A program made the position numbers and the translations under genes. This document shows positions 9,724 through 19,180 of a stretch of 64,000 nt of DNA, in pieces. How positions within the stretch are numbered: position 1 is the first letter of the stretch; every line of letters begins with the position of its first letter. Source of the DNA: Methanotrichaceae archaeon (lineage in GTDB: Archaea; Halobacteriota; Methanosarcinia; Methanotrichales; Methanotrichaceae). Location: contig CAWEXU010000005.1 of NCBI GenBank assembly GCA_963813075.1, positions 96,001-160,000 on the forward strand, in the 5' to 3' direction. Below the pieces are notes generated by a model, which was not told where the DNA came from, did not search any database, and was given only the letters and a program-made list of their open reading frames with translations.

Positions 9724-9946
9724 GCTAAGTCGTTGACGGGAGATAGAGTATCCAATTTTCCACCTGCGCAACCTAAAAATAGCCATCAAATGTTGGCCAA
9801 TTTCAGATACTGCTTTTGGAAATTGCGCAAATTATCTCCCGTCAATCTCTAAGGCATGATCATGGCTGTTTTAGAGAGTCTGGGCTGACCGTTTAACCCT
9901 CCCCTGAAAACATTCATATATACCCCTGCATAATATTGCTCTCCGG

Positions 9947-10437
9947 TTGATACCATCTCCGTCAATTCCCTGCGCCCTGCGATCTTCTTTGACCTGACCC
10001 TTACCCTGCTTGGGAAGATAAACGAGCAGTACCATCTCTATAGCGATGCACTGGATACTCTGAAGGCGCTGCGTGAGCGGGGCTACCGGCTGGGAGTGAT
10101 CTCCAACCTGTCTGAAGGGGTGACCGTTGACGAGGTGCACTCCTTTTTGGAGGAATGCAGCATCGCCTCATTTATCGACTCCGACTTGATCGTCTTCTCC
10201 TCTGAGCACCCCGAGTGTATAAAGAAGCCGGACAAGCAGATCTTCGACCTGGCCCTGGAAAAGAGTGGTCTGATGAGGGCAGGAAGCAGCACCATCTTTG
10301 TGACCGAGGAGTATGACCACATCCTGGCCGCTCGGAGCTATGGCTGGAGGGCGATACTGAAGCGAAATTGGGGCCAATGCAGGCCGGAAGATGGTGAATG
10401 CGTGCACAGCCTCTCCGAACTGCTTAGACTGCTGTGA
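9947..10437 (+). CDS. HAD-superfamily hydrolase; start uncertain or frameshifted
   Basis: Frame upstream of the listed ORF reads AIFFDLTLTL..DALDTLKALRERGYRLGVISN, then KKPD..IF. Confidence 0.7.
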
Positions 10438-10537
10438 CCGATCATAAATTCTGATATAATTTTATAATTAACGTGGCCTTCTGAATTCCGCTTGTCCAAT
10501 GATTAATTGAGAAATTAGACCAAAGAAATTTATTAAT

Positions 10538-11080
10538 ATGAATATCACACCAGTTAGAGCTATGAATCAGAAAGTGATTTCCGGCGCTGTGATCTTTCTT
10601 GTCGGTGTGGCGATCAACATATACAATAATAGCCATGCAATTGAAAGAGGTGCCTACCGCATATCGTTATTCGCAATCGTCTTTGGCCTGATCACCATAA
10701 TAAGCGCCCTGGCGGATGAGAAGCGTTCAAAAGAGAAGAAAGAGTTAATGGAAAGGGCTTCCCTGGGACAGGTGACCCGAGAGGACTGGCTCGCTAGAGG
10801 GGCTGAATCCTTCCACATGCATGAGTATGATGATGCCTTGAAATCCTTCGACATGGCCCTGAAGATGGATCCGAACTATGCCGATGCCTGGATCAATAAA
10901 GGCTCTGCCCTTCACGAGCTTGGGATGTATCGTGACGCCATTGCCGCTTACGATCAGGCCACCCGGATAGAGCCGCAAAACGCCAATGCCTGGAAACGCA
11001 TGGGATACGCTCTCAAGAAGCTCGATCGGAACAGTGAGGCCAAAGAGGCATTCTCTAAAGCAGAAGAGCTTGGAAATTAG
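10538..11080 (+). CDS. Membrane-anchored TPR protein
   Basis: Two hydrophobic helices followed by three TPRs. Confidence 0.85.
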   Translation: MNITPVRAMNQKVISGAVIFLVGVAINIYNNSHAIERGAYRISLFAIVFGLITIISALADEKRSKEKKELMERASLGQVTREDWLARGAESFHMHEYDDALKSFDMALKMDPNYADAWINKGSALHELGMYRDAIAAYDQATRIEPQNANAWKRMGYALKKLDRNSEAKEAFSKAEELGN

Positions 11081-11124
11081 CGCTGATTATGCACCTTCAG
11101 AAAAAAAAGTTTATGAGCGGCGCA

Positions 11125-11682
11125 TCAGATCCATCTGAGCACCTTCACCGCCCTTGGCTTTGCCTCCGGGACCTCCCTTGGATAGCCGAAGATCAGCGGG
11201 GCTATCAGCTCGTGGTCCTCGGGTATCCCGATCCCGGCCAGAACTTCCGGGACCTGGTTTAAGACCGTGGCAAATCCTATGAAGCAGCTTCCCAGTCCCT
11301 CCTGGTAGGCAGCGAGGAACATGTTCTGGGCCGCCAGGCCGCAGTCTAAGAGGTTCACCGTCCGCCAATCGGGATTCTTCGGGACGCTGATGAGAATAAG
11401 CAGAGGTGCGCCATAGAAGACCACATCCTGACCCGACTTGAATGCTTTTTTGAGCTCTTCTGGGAGGGGCATGCTCTTCATCACCAGCTCCCCCGTCTTC
11501 CGAGAGAGGCTATCCATGACCTCCCGGTCCTGGATGACTGTGAACCTCCAGGGCTGCATGTTCATTCCCGAGGGGGCCCATACGGCAGCATCAAGCAACC
11601 GGTCGATGACCTCTTTGGGAACAGTCCGGTCCAGGTAGCTTCTCACGCTTCTTCTGCCTTTAATGCAAAGATCCAGCTCCAT
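11125..11682 (-). CDS. Nitroreductase family protein
   Basis: RRSVRSY, APSGMNMQPWRF, AAQNMFLAA..GLGSC. Confidence 0.92.
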   Translation of the reverse strand: MELDLCIKGRRSVRSYLDRTVPKEVIDRLLDAAVWAPSGMNMQPWRFTVIQDREVMDSLSRKTGELVMKSMPLPEELKKAFKSGQDVVFYGAPLLILISVPKNPDWRTVNLLDCGLAAQNMFLAAYQEGLGSCFIGFATVLNQVPEVLAGIGIPEDHELIAPLIFGYPREVPEAKPRAVKVLRWI

Positions 11683-11756
11683 GGCTGAATGGTTGCCTCT
11701 GACCGATATTAAAAGCTATCACCAGGAAAAATAGAGGATGACTGCAATGATCAGAA

Positions 11757-11909
11757 CTAAATTCGCGTTTTTCTGGGCCGATCATTCTTGACTCCGCTCT
11801 TCGTCTCCCCATAGACCGGGGAATATGCCTTGTTCTTCCTGGGCTTGGATGGATCATGTTTGCCCGGGCCTTCGATTGGCATCCCCTTGGCACCCTTCTT
11901 CTTGCTCAT
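11757..11909 (-). CDS. Small basic hypothetical protein
   Basis: Lys/Arg-rich 50-aa ORF preceded by a GGAGGTGA RBS. Confidence 0.5.
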   Translation of the reverse strand: MSKKKGAKGMPIEGPGKHDPSKPRKNKAYSPVYGETKSGVKNDRPRKTRI

Positions 11910-12219
11910 ATGACGCTTCACCTCCTGCAAGTCTCGTCTTTTCATTGAGCCGCTGCCTTCAATATAGAATAAAGGCTGTCCTGCAATACAGTTCCATTAT
12001 GCAGTCCCACTTTAAAGTCCCACTCTGCACTAATGCACCTGTCATTGCCCATTGAAAGAGATTCTATCTGATAGCATTGGTTTCTTTCTCATCGCATAAA
12101 TACCAATGCGAATCCCCTCGTAGTTCTGCCGCAGCAAAAGCATAGATCCAATCCGGCAAAATCTTTTTTGTCGATGCCCTTAATATCAATAGATCACCGC
12201 AGATAATGGAGGACTGAAA

Positions 12220-12660
12220 TTGAGATACATAATGGCAATATCAATCGCATTGCTCTTCGCTTCCGCCTTCATGGGCCCTTCTTTGGCCCTGAGCGACTAC
12301 CAGAAAGGGGTCTTAGACGGCCTGAGCATGGGCTGGAAGATGGCCCAGAAATATGACCTGGCTGTCTCAGGCAGCCCGGCGGAGTTCAATGGGGCCGTTC
12401 CACAGTACAACGCCTGGATCAAGGAGATATTCGGAGAGAACGAATCTCTGATGCTCATGCCCATGCCATTATCCGCTGCCTCTGGCAGGCAGACCGGCTC
12501 CTACTTCAAGAGCCAGACCATCACCCCGGTGCACTCCATGGACGCCAGCTGGAACCAGACAGAGGTCTCCCTCTTGCCGGAGCCGGACGAATACGGCCTG
12601 ATAAACGGAATCCCTGCCGATGCCTACTACACCTTCGGCCCTGCCCTGGCGGATTTCTGA
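12220..12660 (+). CDS. Secreted hypothetical protein
   Basis: Signal peptide; GGAGG RBS. Confidence 0.75.
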   Translation: MRYIMAISIALLFASAFMGPSLALSDYQKGVLDGLSMGWKMAQKYDLAVSGSPAEFNGAVPQYNAWIKEIFGENESLMLMPMPLSAASGRQTGSYFKSQTITPVHSMDASWNQTEVSLLPEPDEYGLINGIPADAYYTFGPALADF

Positions 12661-12727
12661 ACGAGGGCGGGATCACATTTATATTTCCCCGCCACATTCG
12701 ATACCTGGAAGTTGATGAGGCGCAAAG

Positions 12728-13348
12728 ATGAAGTCGATGCTTTTAGTGCTATCCATGGCCTGTATCGCCGCCCTGGCCGCAGCCGGTCAGGCGAGCAGCT
12801 CAGCTGATTCATTCGCCCAGAACACCACTGAGCACTCCTGGGTATTCGTCAACGGCTATATGGATGAATCCCGTATCCTTCAGACCCAGGCAGGCTTTGC
12901 CGGACAGAAGGCGGTGCTTGGTGCCAGTGGCAGCGGAATGGTCACCAGGACAATAGACTCCGTCTCCTACCGGGACTCGGATATGGATGAAACCTCCCTT
13001 ACCAACTCAGTGGAATTCAACTACAAGCCCTACCATCCGCCCCTCAATCAGAGCGATCTGAGAAATGCCCTCTGCGCCAAGAACTACGAGGTGGGCTCGG
13101 TATTCTCCGAGACCTACCAGATCGAAAAAGACCTGATCAAGGATACCAAAACCTATCAGGATGACAGCATCTCCGTTTATGAGATCAGCTCTGAGGTCCA
13201 GGGCTCGGCCAGGATAGGCCAGAGGGTGCAAAAGAACGCCAGCACTGTGCCCACCATGATGATGGGAGGTACCTACATGGGCTATGCCCAGATCAGATCG
13301 GACACGGTAGCAGGAAATATGTCCGTTCTCACTCTGCCCTGCCCCTGA
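12728..13348 (+). CDS. Secreted beta-rich hypothetical protein
   Basis: Signal peptide; motif order shared with 1..792. Confidence 0.75.
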   Translation: MKSMLLVLSMACIAALAAAGQASSSADSFAQNTTEHSWVFVNGYMDESRILQTQAGFAGQKAVLGASGSGMVTRTIDSVSYRDSDMDETSLTNSVEFNYKPYHPPLNQSDLRNALCAKNYEVGSVFSETYQIEKDLIKDTKTYQDDSISVYEISSEVQGSARIGQRVQKNASTVPTMMMGGTYMGYAQIRSDTVAGNMSVLTLPCP

Positions 13349-13414
13349 ATGAGCTTGAGGGGAGCCCAGCCTGCCGCCCCTCGCTCCATTTTACTTGTTA
13401 TCTCGTTTTCTGCT

Positions 13415-13462
13415 CAGATCAGTTCAAATCGGCTCAGAACAGATCAGTTCAGAACAGATCAG
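13415..13462. repeat. Short 15-nt-period tandem repeat
   Basis: TCAGAACAGATCAG at 13434 and 13449, partial copy at 13415. Confidence 0.7.
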
Positions 13463-14263
13463 CTAGATCTTCTGCATGTCAAAAGCCCATCGGCTGACAT
13501 TTGGGGCCACATTTCCGCATCGCCGGCACAGCCGCACCTCCAGGCCCAGATCTTCGTATTTCTTTTTCAGCCCCTCGATCTGCTGGGCCTTCTTGAAGGT
13601 ATAAAAATGGATTATTCCTCCCCTTCTCATCATCTCCGGCAAGCCATCCATTATCCGGTCCATTCCATAGGGGGTGGGCACAATCGCCCGGTCAAACCTC
13701 CTCTTCAATAAGGCGGCCATATAGAACGCATCGGCATTAATGACCGCTATCCTCTCCTCCACCCCATTCTCCCGGGCGTTCACAGCCAGCCAGCCGCAGG
13801 CCTCTGGGCTCTTCTCCAGGGCCACCACCCTCGCTCCCCGGGCGGCTGGAGGGATGGCGAAGGGGCCCACCCCGGCAAATAAAACCAGCACCTCTTCCCT
13901 TTCCCTTACCTGGCCGGCCACCCTCATTCTCTCGTAGCCCAGACGGCTGTTGAAAAAGACCCTCGCCACATCCAGGTGATACCGAAAGCCGAACTCCCGA
14001 TGAACGGTGACCGAATTCGCTTCGCCGGCCAGAAGCTCCAGGCGGGAGATCCTCCTCTCCCCTTCCAGCGGGGTGGTCTTATTGAAGACCGTATGGACAT
14101 TGCTGCACTGATCCAGGAGAGCTGAGGCAATCAGCTCCTTATAGCCGTCCAATTCAGGGTCAATGGAGAGGATGGCGATGTCTCCGACCACATGGAAGCG
14201 GCTGGAAAGATGCGCGAGCATATCCTCGGGAACAACTCCTGCCAGCTTCTCCTTCAAACGCAC
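13463..14263 (-). CDS. Trm5/Met-10+ family SAM-dependent tRNA methyltransferase-like protein
   Basis: FHVVGDIAI, TVHREFG.RY.LDV..VFF, LFAGVGPFAI. Confidence 0.85.
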   Translation of the reverse strand: MRLKEKLAGVVPEDMLAHLSSRFHVVGDIAILSIDPELDGYKELIASALLDQCSNVHTVFNKTTPLEGERRISRLELLAGEANSVTVHREFGFRYHLDVARVFFNSRLGYERMRVAGQVREREEVLVLFAGVGPFAIPPAARGARVVALEKSPEACGWLAVNARENGVEERIAVINADAFYMAALLKRRFDRAIVPTPYGMDRIMDGLPEMMRRGGIIHFYTFKKAQQIEGLKKKYEDLGLEVRLCRRCGNVAPNVSRWAFDMQKI

Positions 14264-14290
14264 CTTGTATCACCTGGGTCTTATTCCGTC

Positions 14291-15607
14291 CTATGGAAAG
14301 CCAAATCCATATGATCCCTGATTATTGAGCGTTCCCTCCAGGATCATCGATCCTATTTTGGAGGAATAGCAGTAAATGAGATTGATTCTCGTTCCCGGGG
14401 CGCAATCCACAGTATGCCTCTCCGGGATGAATACTGTCCCAATCAGGGTTGCGATAGCGGTGCTCGGATCGATGCCCCGGATAAAGGCACAGGCATATGA
14501 GGCATTGAGTGCGCCACCGTGTATTGTAGCCGTCGCCGATCCCAATACATGCAATGCATAGTATCCATCCAGAACGCAATTATCAAGGGTCGCGGCCGTG
14601 GGACCATCGATGTCGGCGTCTATATATGATGCCCCTCCGAAAGAGTTCGCTTTTTTCCGGTCCGATTTGAAGAATGATTCCTTAATATGAATTCCAATTG
14701 AGCTATGAATCAATAGACCATATGCATTAGGGCTTAAAGTGCAATCCATATTGACGCTGGACATCTCCAGATCATTTATGCACCAGATGGTAAGGGGGGA
14801 GGCAATGCAGGATAAGTCTTTTACCACAATTCGATCTTTAGTCCGGGTTTGATAATCGTTATTCCCATGAACGGTGAGCCCGGTTTTGCAGTATTCAAAG
14901 AGACAATCAGATATCACGGTATCCTGTACGGTATCAAGGAGTATGCCCTCCAGGCTGCAATTTCTGGCAACGACATTGGTGATGGAAGAATGCGATTCAG
15001 ATCCACCCCCATTATTTCCCAGATACAGGCCGGTCCCATATGAGTTCCTGAACTCAAGGTTGTAGTACTTGCCGCCGGACCTGATGCTGCCAGTCAGTAT
15101 CAGTGAAGCACCATCTTTGTACCATTGGCCCTGATCGTCCCTATTGCCATCAAGGGTCATATTGGCAACGGTAAAGGCGGTAAATCCCAGATTGACCGGA
15201 CCGCTGGACCGATTGAGTATCATCGCCACAGGATGATCGACCTGGAATTGTTTTGGTTTTAATTTGAGTACTGTTATCCCCATCCCATAACCGAAGATAT
15301 GGACGTTCTTCCCCTCTAATATAGGAATGCAGATCCAAAAGGGATTCGTTTCCCCATCGTCCAGGTAAAATAGGGTATCTGCGCTGAGATTGTAGACCCC
15401 GGCGGAGATCAAGACGTTGCCGTTATCGGGGACTGAATTTATGGCCTCCGTTAATACTCGAGAGTCATCAGTTCCAGCCACGCCACTGGAAATTTCATTG
15501 CCTTCGACATTGCGAGCGATAATCGAATTGCCCTCGATAGATACGATCGCGGAATATATAATATTATCTAAAATTTTTATATCGGAATTCTCTGACAATG
15601 AGTTCAT
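14291..15607 (-). CDS. Right-handed parallel beta-helix (pectin-lyase-like) protein
   Basis: DDS..LTEAIN..VLISAGVY, TVLKL, NMTLDGN, repeated GI.L / I.DC.F rungs. Confidence 0.75.
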   Translation of the reverse strand: MNSLSENSDIKILDNIIYSAIVSIEGNSIIARNVEGNEISSGVAGTDDSRVLTEAINSVPDNGNVLISAGVYNLSADTLFYLDDGETNPFWICIPILEGKNVHIFGYGMGITVLKLKPKQFQVDHPVAMILNRSSGPVNLGFTAFTVANMTLDGNRDDQGQWYKDGASLILTGSIRSGGKYYNLEFRNSYGTGLYLGNNGGGSESHSSITNVVARNCSLEGILLDTVQDTVISDCLFEYCKTGLTVHGNNDYQTRTKDRIVVKDLSCIASPLTIWCINDLEMSSVNMDCTLSPNAYGLLIHSSIGIHIKESFFKSDRKKANSFGGASYIDADIDGPTAATLDNCVLDGYYALHVLGSATATIHGGALNASYACAFIRGIDPSTAIATLIGTVFIPERHTVDCAPGTRINLIYCYSSKIGSMILEGTLNNQGSYGFGFP

Positions 15608-15981
15608 TTTATAGTCCTCCTAATCATTTAGGTCTAAACTTATCTGCACGGCCATCAATCTTCTCCTCGGGGGGCGCAAGTGATTACACTAATTTTGCTG
15701 CCGCTATCTGGACCTTTCCCAAGCTCGATGCCTCAATGCCATAAAGATATCAGCAGTTCATATTCAGCACATTTTGGCTTATAATACCTGCTGCTTTAAG
15801 ATATATATAACTTTTTGAGTTTTCAATTTATGTTATAATGACTCCTTGTCCATATCCGCCTTAAGACCTGCTACTGCCTCCGGCATGAGGATATTTATAT
15901 GCCGAGAATAGATAGCAAATCCGGTGGCATGCAACTTCGAAATCTGGCCGATAGTGCGACCTGAGGGTCTGGAATCCGATC

Positions 15982-17235
15982 ATGATTGCTGACATGCTCC
16001 GTAACCTCAGCCGCAGAACGATCTTGGGAATGGCCAAAGACAGCCTGTATAGAACATCCTTCTTTATGGCCTTCGCCAACATCGTGAGCGCTGGATGCGG
16101 CTTCTTCTTCTGGATCATCGCTGCCCGGCTCTATGCGGTGGATGAGGTGGGCCTGGCCACGGCACTCATCTCATCTCTGGCTCTTGTCGCCCTCTTCTCC
16201 ACTCTCGGCTTCGATTCATCGATCATCCGCTTCCTCCCCCAGGAGGACAAAGGGAGGGTCATTAGCACTTGCCTTACAGTGACCGCTGGGGCCAGCATCC
16301 TGGCCGGTGGGGTATACATCTTGCTGGCCATGATTCTCACTCCTTCAATGCCTTTATGGCAGAAGCCTGAATACGCTCTGGCCTTTATTTCGGTAGCTGC
16401 CTTGAACTCAATAGCGGTCAATGGTGGATATGCTTTTGTGGCGGAAAGGAGAGCGGACCAGTACTTCCTGCAGAATCTCATGCAGGCAATCCGGATTCCC
16501 GCCCTCCTGCCGCTGGCTTTTCTGGGTGTCTTCGGGATCTTCGGCGCTATCGGACTGGGATATTTGGCCGCTGCGCTCTACTGTCTGACAAAGATTCACT
16601 TGACGATCTCCCCTGTCAGGCCGCAGGTGGACCAGGATTTCATCCGCAAGTCCTTTCGTTTCTCCTCCCAAAACTATCTTTCCAGCCTGCTGTATGCAGC
16701 ACCGACCCTGATTATGCCCATAATGGTTCTGAGCCTGCTGGATGAGGCTGAAGCGGCAAAGTACTATATCGCTTTCGCCCTGGGCACCATGGTGCTCATC
16801 ATTCCCAGCTCCTTTGGGACCTCCCTCTTTGTGGAGGGCAGCCACGGCAGCGGGCTCAGGAAAAGCGCTCTTGAGGCTGGAGGCGCGAGCCTGATGATCA
16901 TGCTCCCAATCGTATTGGTGCTCTTCTTCTTCGGAGACCGGCTGCTGGGACTGCTCAAAGGAGAGTACATTGAGGCCTTTGCCCTGCTGCGGATAATTGC
17001 CCTCTCCAGCTTCCTCGTGGCCTGCTACTCCCTGTTTATTCCCATCCAGAATGTGAGGATGAAGGTGGAGAGCATTGTGAGGCTGAACTTCATCCGTTGT
17101 ATTCTGCTCCTCGGATTAAGCTATGTCCTGGTGAATAGATATGGCATCCTGGGAGCAGGATATGCCTGGATGGCAACCTATATTGTTATTGTTTTGTGGG
17201 TGGCCTGGGTGGCGCTAAAAGAGAAGTGGATCTGA
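15982..17235 (+). CDS. Oligosaccharide flippase (Wzx-like) family protein
   Basis: About 12 TM; GFFFWIIAARLY..EVG, LG...SIIRFLP. Confidence 0.85.
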   Translation: MIADMLRNLSRRTILGMAKDSLYRTSFFMAFANIVSAGCGFFFWIIAARLYAVDEVGLATALISSLALVALFSTLGFDSSIIRFLPQEDKGRVISTCLTVTAGASILAGGVYILLAMILTPSMPLWQKPEYALAFISVAALNSIAVNGGYAFVAERRADQYFLQNLMQAIRIPALLPLAFLGVFGIFGAIGLGYLAAALYCLTKIHLTISPVRPQVDQDFIRKSFRFSSQNYLSSLLYAAPTLIMPIMVLSLLDEAEAAKYYIAFALGTMVLIIPSSFGTSLFVEGSHGSGLRKSALEAGGASLMIMLPIVLVLFFFGDRLLGLLKGEYIEAFALLRIIALSSFLVACYSLFIPIQNVRMKVESIVRLNFIRCILLLGLSYVLVNRYGILGAGYAWMATYIVIVLWVAWVALKEKWI

Positions 17236-17259
17236 ATATATGAAATGATTCATGTTTTT

Positions 17260-17619
17260 TTAATAGAGAAGCTGAGATACCGCTCTTGCGGGCACATTGA
17301 GGATACGGGTCGTTATCTCAATGAACAAATTCTCTTGTTGCCGCCGATCGATGCCGAATGCATCATCCATTGAATGCTTTTCCATCTCCAGTGCGATTAG
17401 CCTTGTCTGCACCTGGGTAATCTTATGGCGCTTGCCCAGCTCAGCGATGACGTTCATGAAAAAGCCCAGGCTATGCGGCTTATCTGAGGAGAGATTCTTG
17501 ACTAGGCCGCACTCCTTGCAATACGGATGTGGCTTTAGCCCTCGAATTCTCCCTTCATAATAATGAGGGAGCCAGATCTTCTCTCTGCTTCCAGATATTT
17601 TATGCTCACAATAAGCCAT
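17260..17619 (-). CDS. Hypothetical protein with HPYCxxCG motif
   Basis: PHPYCKECGLVKNLSSD. Confidence 0.7.
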   Translation of the reverse strand: MAYCEHKISGSREKIWLPHYYEGRIRGLKPHPYCKECGLVKNLSSDKPHSLGFFMNVIAELGKRHKITQVQTRLIALEMEKHSMDDAFGIDRRQQENLFIEITTRILNVPARAVSQLLY

Positions 17620-17787
17620 GGTCTCTCGGTCTCATTGAGATAGTTATATGCATAAAAAACCGTTGGTAAGTCGATAGATATAGAGATATAATCGATGGAA
17701 TATAGAGATATTATAGCTCAAACCCGAAAGGACATGGTCATAAGGATCTAATACTCAGAATGGCTCTATTCACCGTACTGCAGAATT

Positions 17788-18291
17788 ATGAATGATTTAA
17801 ACTATGAACTCTGGCAGGAGATGATCGAGCATATAGCTTCTGAATATGCCGATCTATTCTCCATCATGCACCAGGCGGCAAGAGAGCTGCCCCTCTCTCG
17901 CGCTCTGATAGATGATCTGAAGACCAAAAAGGAGCTTTTAATATCAACTGATCCCTGGCGGATGGTGCTTCAGATCGACCTGATCGAGGATGATATCGGA
18001 GGCTTTCGAATCTACCTGATGACCTCTGTGGAGAGGGATGCATTGGAAGATCTATTGTCAGAGACGGCGGAGGAACTGGGCATCACCCAGGAGGAGATAG
18101 ATGCCTTTGAGGTTGATCACGGCCTGGATATGCTGGGAGATGTCTTTGAAAAGATCAGGGATGAATATGGGATTCAGCCGGAGATCCAGGGAGGCAATAT
18201 CATCTTTTCGCTGCTGGTGTTCGACAGCCAGGATATAGATGACAGCATGGGAAATGACATTTTCTGGAGCGAGGATGTTCATACGAATTAG
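17788..18291 (+). CDS. Acidic hypothetical protein
   Basis: 167-aa ORF with normal codon usage. Confidence 0.7.
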   Translation: MNDLNYELWQEMIEHIASEYADLFSIMHQAARELPLSRALIDDLKTKKELLISTDPWRMVLQIDLIEDDIGGFRIYLMTSVERDALEDLLSETAEELGITQEEIDAFEVDHGLDMLGDVFEKIRDEYGIQPEIQGGNIIFSLLVFDSQDIDDSMGNDIFWSEDVHTN

Positions 18292-18299
18292 ATCAGCCG

Positions 18300-18348
18300 A
18301 TCTGATTGGATCAAAGTATCTGATTGGATCAACGTATCTGATTGGATC
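18300..18348. repeat. 18-nt-period tandem repeat, three copies
   Basis: ATCTGATTGGATC at 18300, 18318 and 18336. Confidence 0.8.
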
Positions 18349-18376
18349 GGCCGACTTGGATGGAATGCACTGGAAA

Positions 18377-19084
18377 TCAGGATCGATCCCTGTCCACCAT
18401 CAATTCAATATTTTTCATAAAAACCTTCAGATGTTTGTTCAAATCTTTCATATCCTTTTCTGCAGATAGCATATCCACCGGCTGCTGCACGAACCTTCCT
18501 GGAGTCAATCCATCCTCGCAGTTGTCTATCAGCCTTCGTATGCTTTGCCAGGATGACTCCAGATGAAATTGCAGTCCTACATTGCGCCCGATCTCAAAGG
18601 CCTGGTTGGAGCAGGCAGCAGTAGATGCCAGATACTTCGATCCTTCAGGCAGGTCAAATGTATCCCCGTGCCATTGAAATGCCGTGAAGCTATCCGGAAA
18701 GCCCCTGAAAGCACAAGAGTTCAAGGCGGCAGCCGTTAGCTTCACCTCATGCCAGCCGATTTCCCTATAGCGATTTTTATGTACCGTCCCGCCCAGGAGG
18801 TCTGCGATCAGCTGGGCGCCAAGGCAGATGCCAAGAACCGTCTTCTCGCCATCCATAACCTTCCGGATGAACCTCTTCTCCTCCTTCAGCCAGGGATACC
18901 TGTCCTCTTCATAGATGTTCATCTCTCCGCCCAGGAGCAGCAAAAGGTCAAAATCGGCTTTTTCTGAGAGCCTCTCGCCTGCATATATCTTCGTTCCTGA
19001 GACCTCGTGGCCGGAGTCTTCCGCCCAGAGGGCGATATTCGCCGGGTCCTCAAAGGGATTATGCTGGATGTAGTGCAATCTCAC
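18377..19084 (-). CDS. Type 1 glutamine amidotransferase
   Basis: LGICLGAQL, EIGW, FQWHGD, GLQFHLE catalytic triad. Confidence 0.92.
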   Translation of the reverse strand: MRLHYIQHNPFEDPANIALWAEDSGHEVSGTKIYAGERLSEKADFDLLLLLGGEMNIYEEDRYPWLKEEKRFIRKVMDGEKTVLGICLGAQLIADLLGGTVHKNRYREIGWHEVKLTAAALNSCAFRGFPDSFTAFQWHGDTFDLPEGSKYLASTAACSNQAFEIGRNVGLQFHLESSWQSIRRLIDNCEDGLTPGRFVQQPVDMLSAEKDMKDLNKHLKVFMKNIELMVDRDRS

Positions 19085-19180
19085 CGCTCAATTCTCCTGT
19101 ATTCGCTGATTTTTAACAGAGAGAATATTGGATTATAGCTTTTTTTGAGAGGGTTTAGGAATAATTAAGAGATTAAGCTG

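Noticed and set aside
13415..13462. 15-nt-period repeat as a regulatory array
   Set aside because: Only two to three copies between convergent genes; likely slippage
18300..18348. Three ATCTGATTGGATC copies as a mini CRISPR array
   Set aside because: 18-nt period with near-identical 5-nt linkers; a simple tandem repeat with no spacers or cas genes
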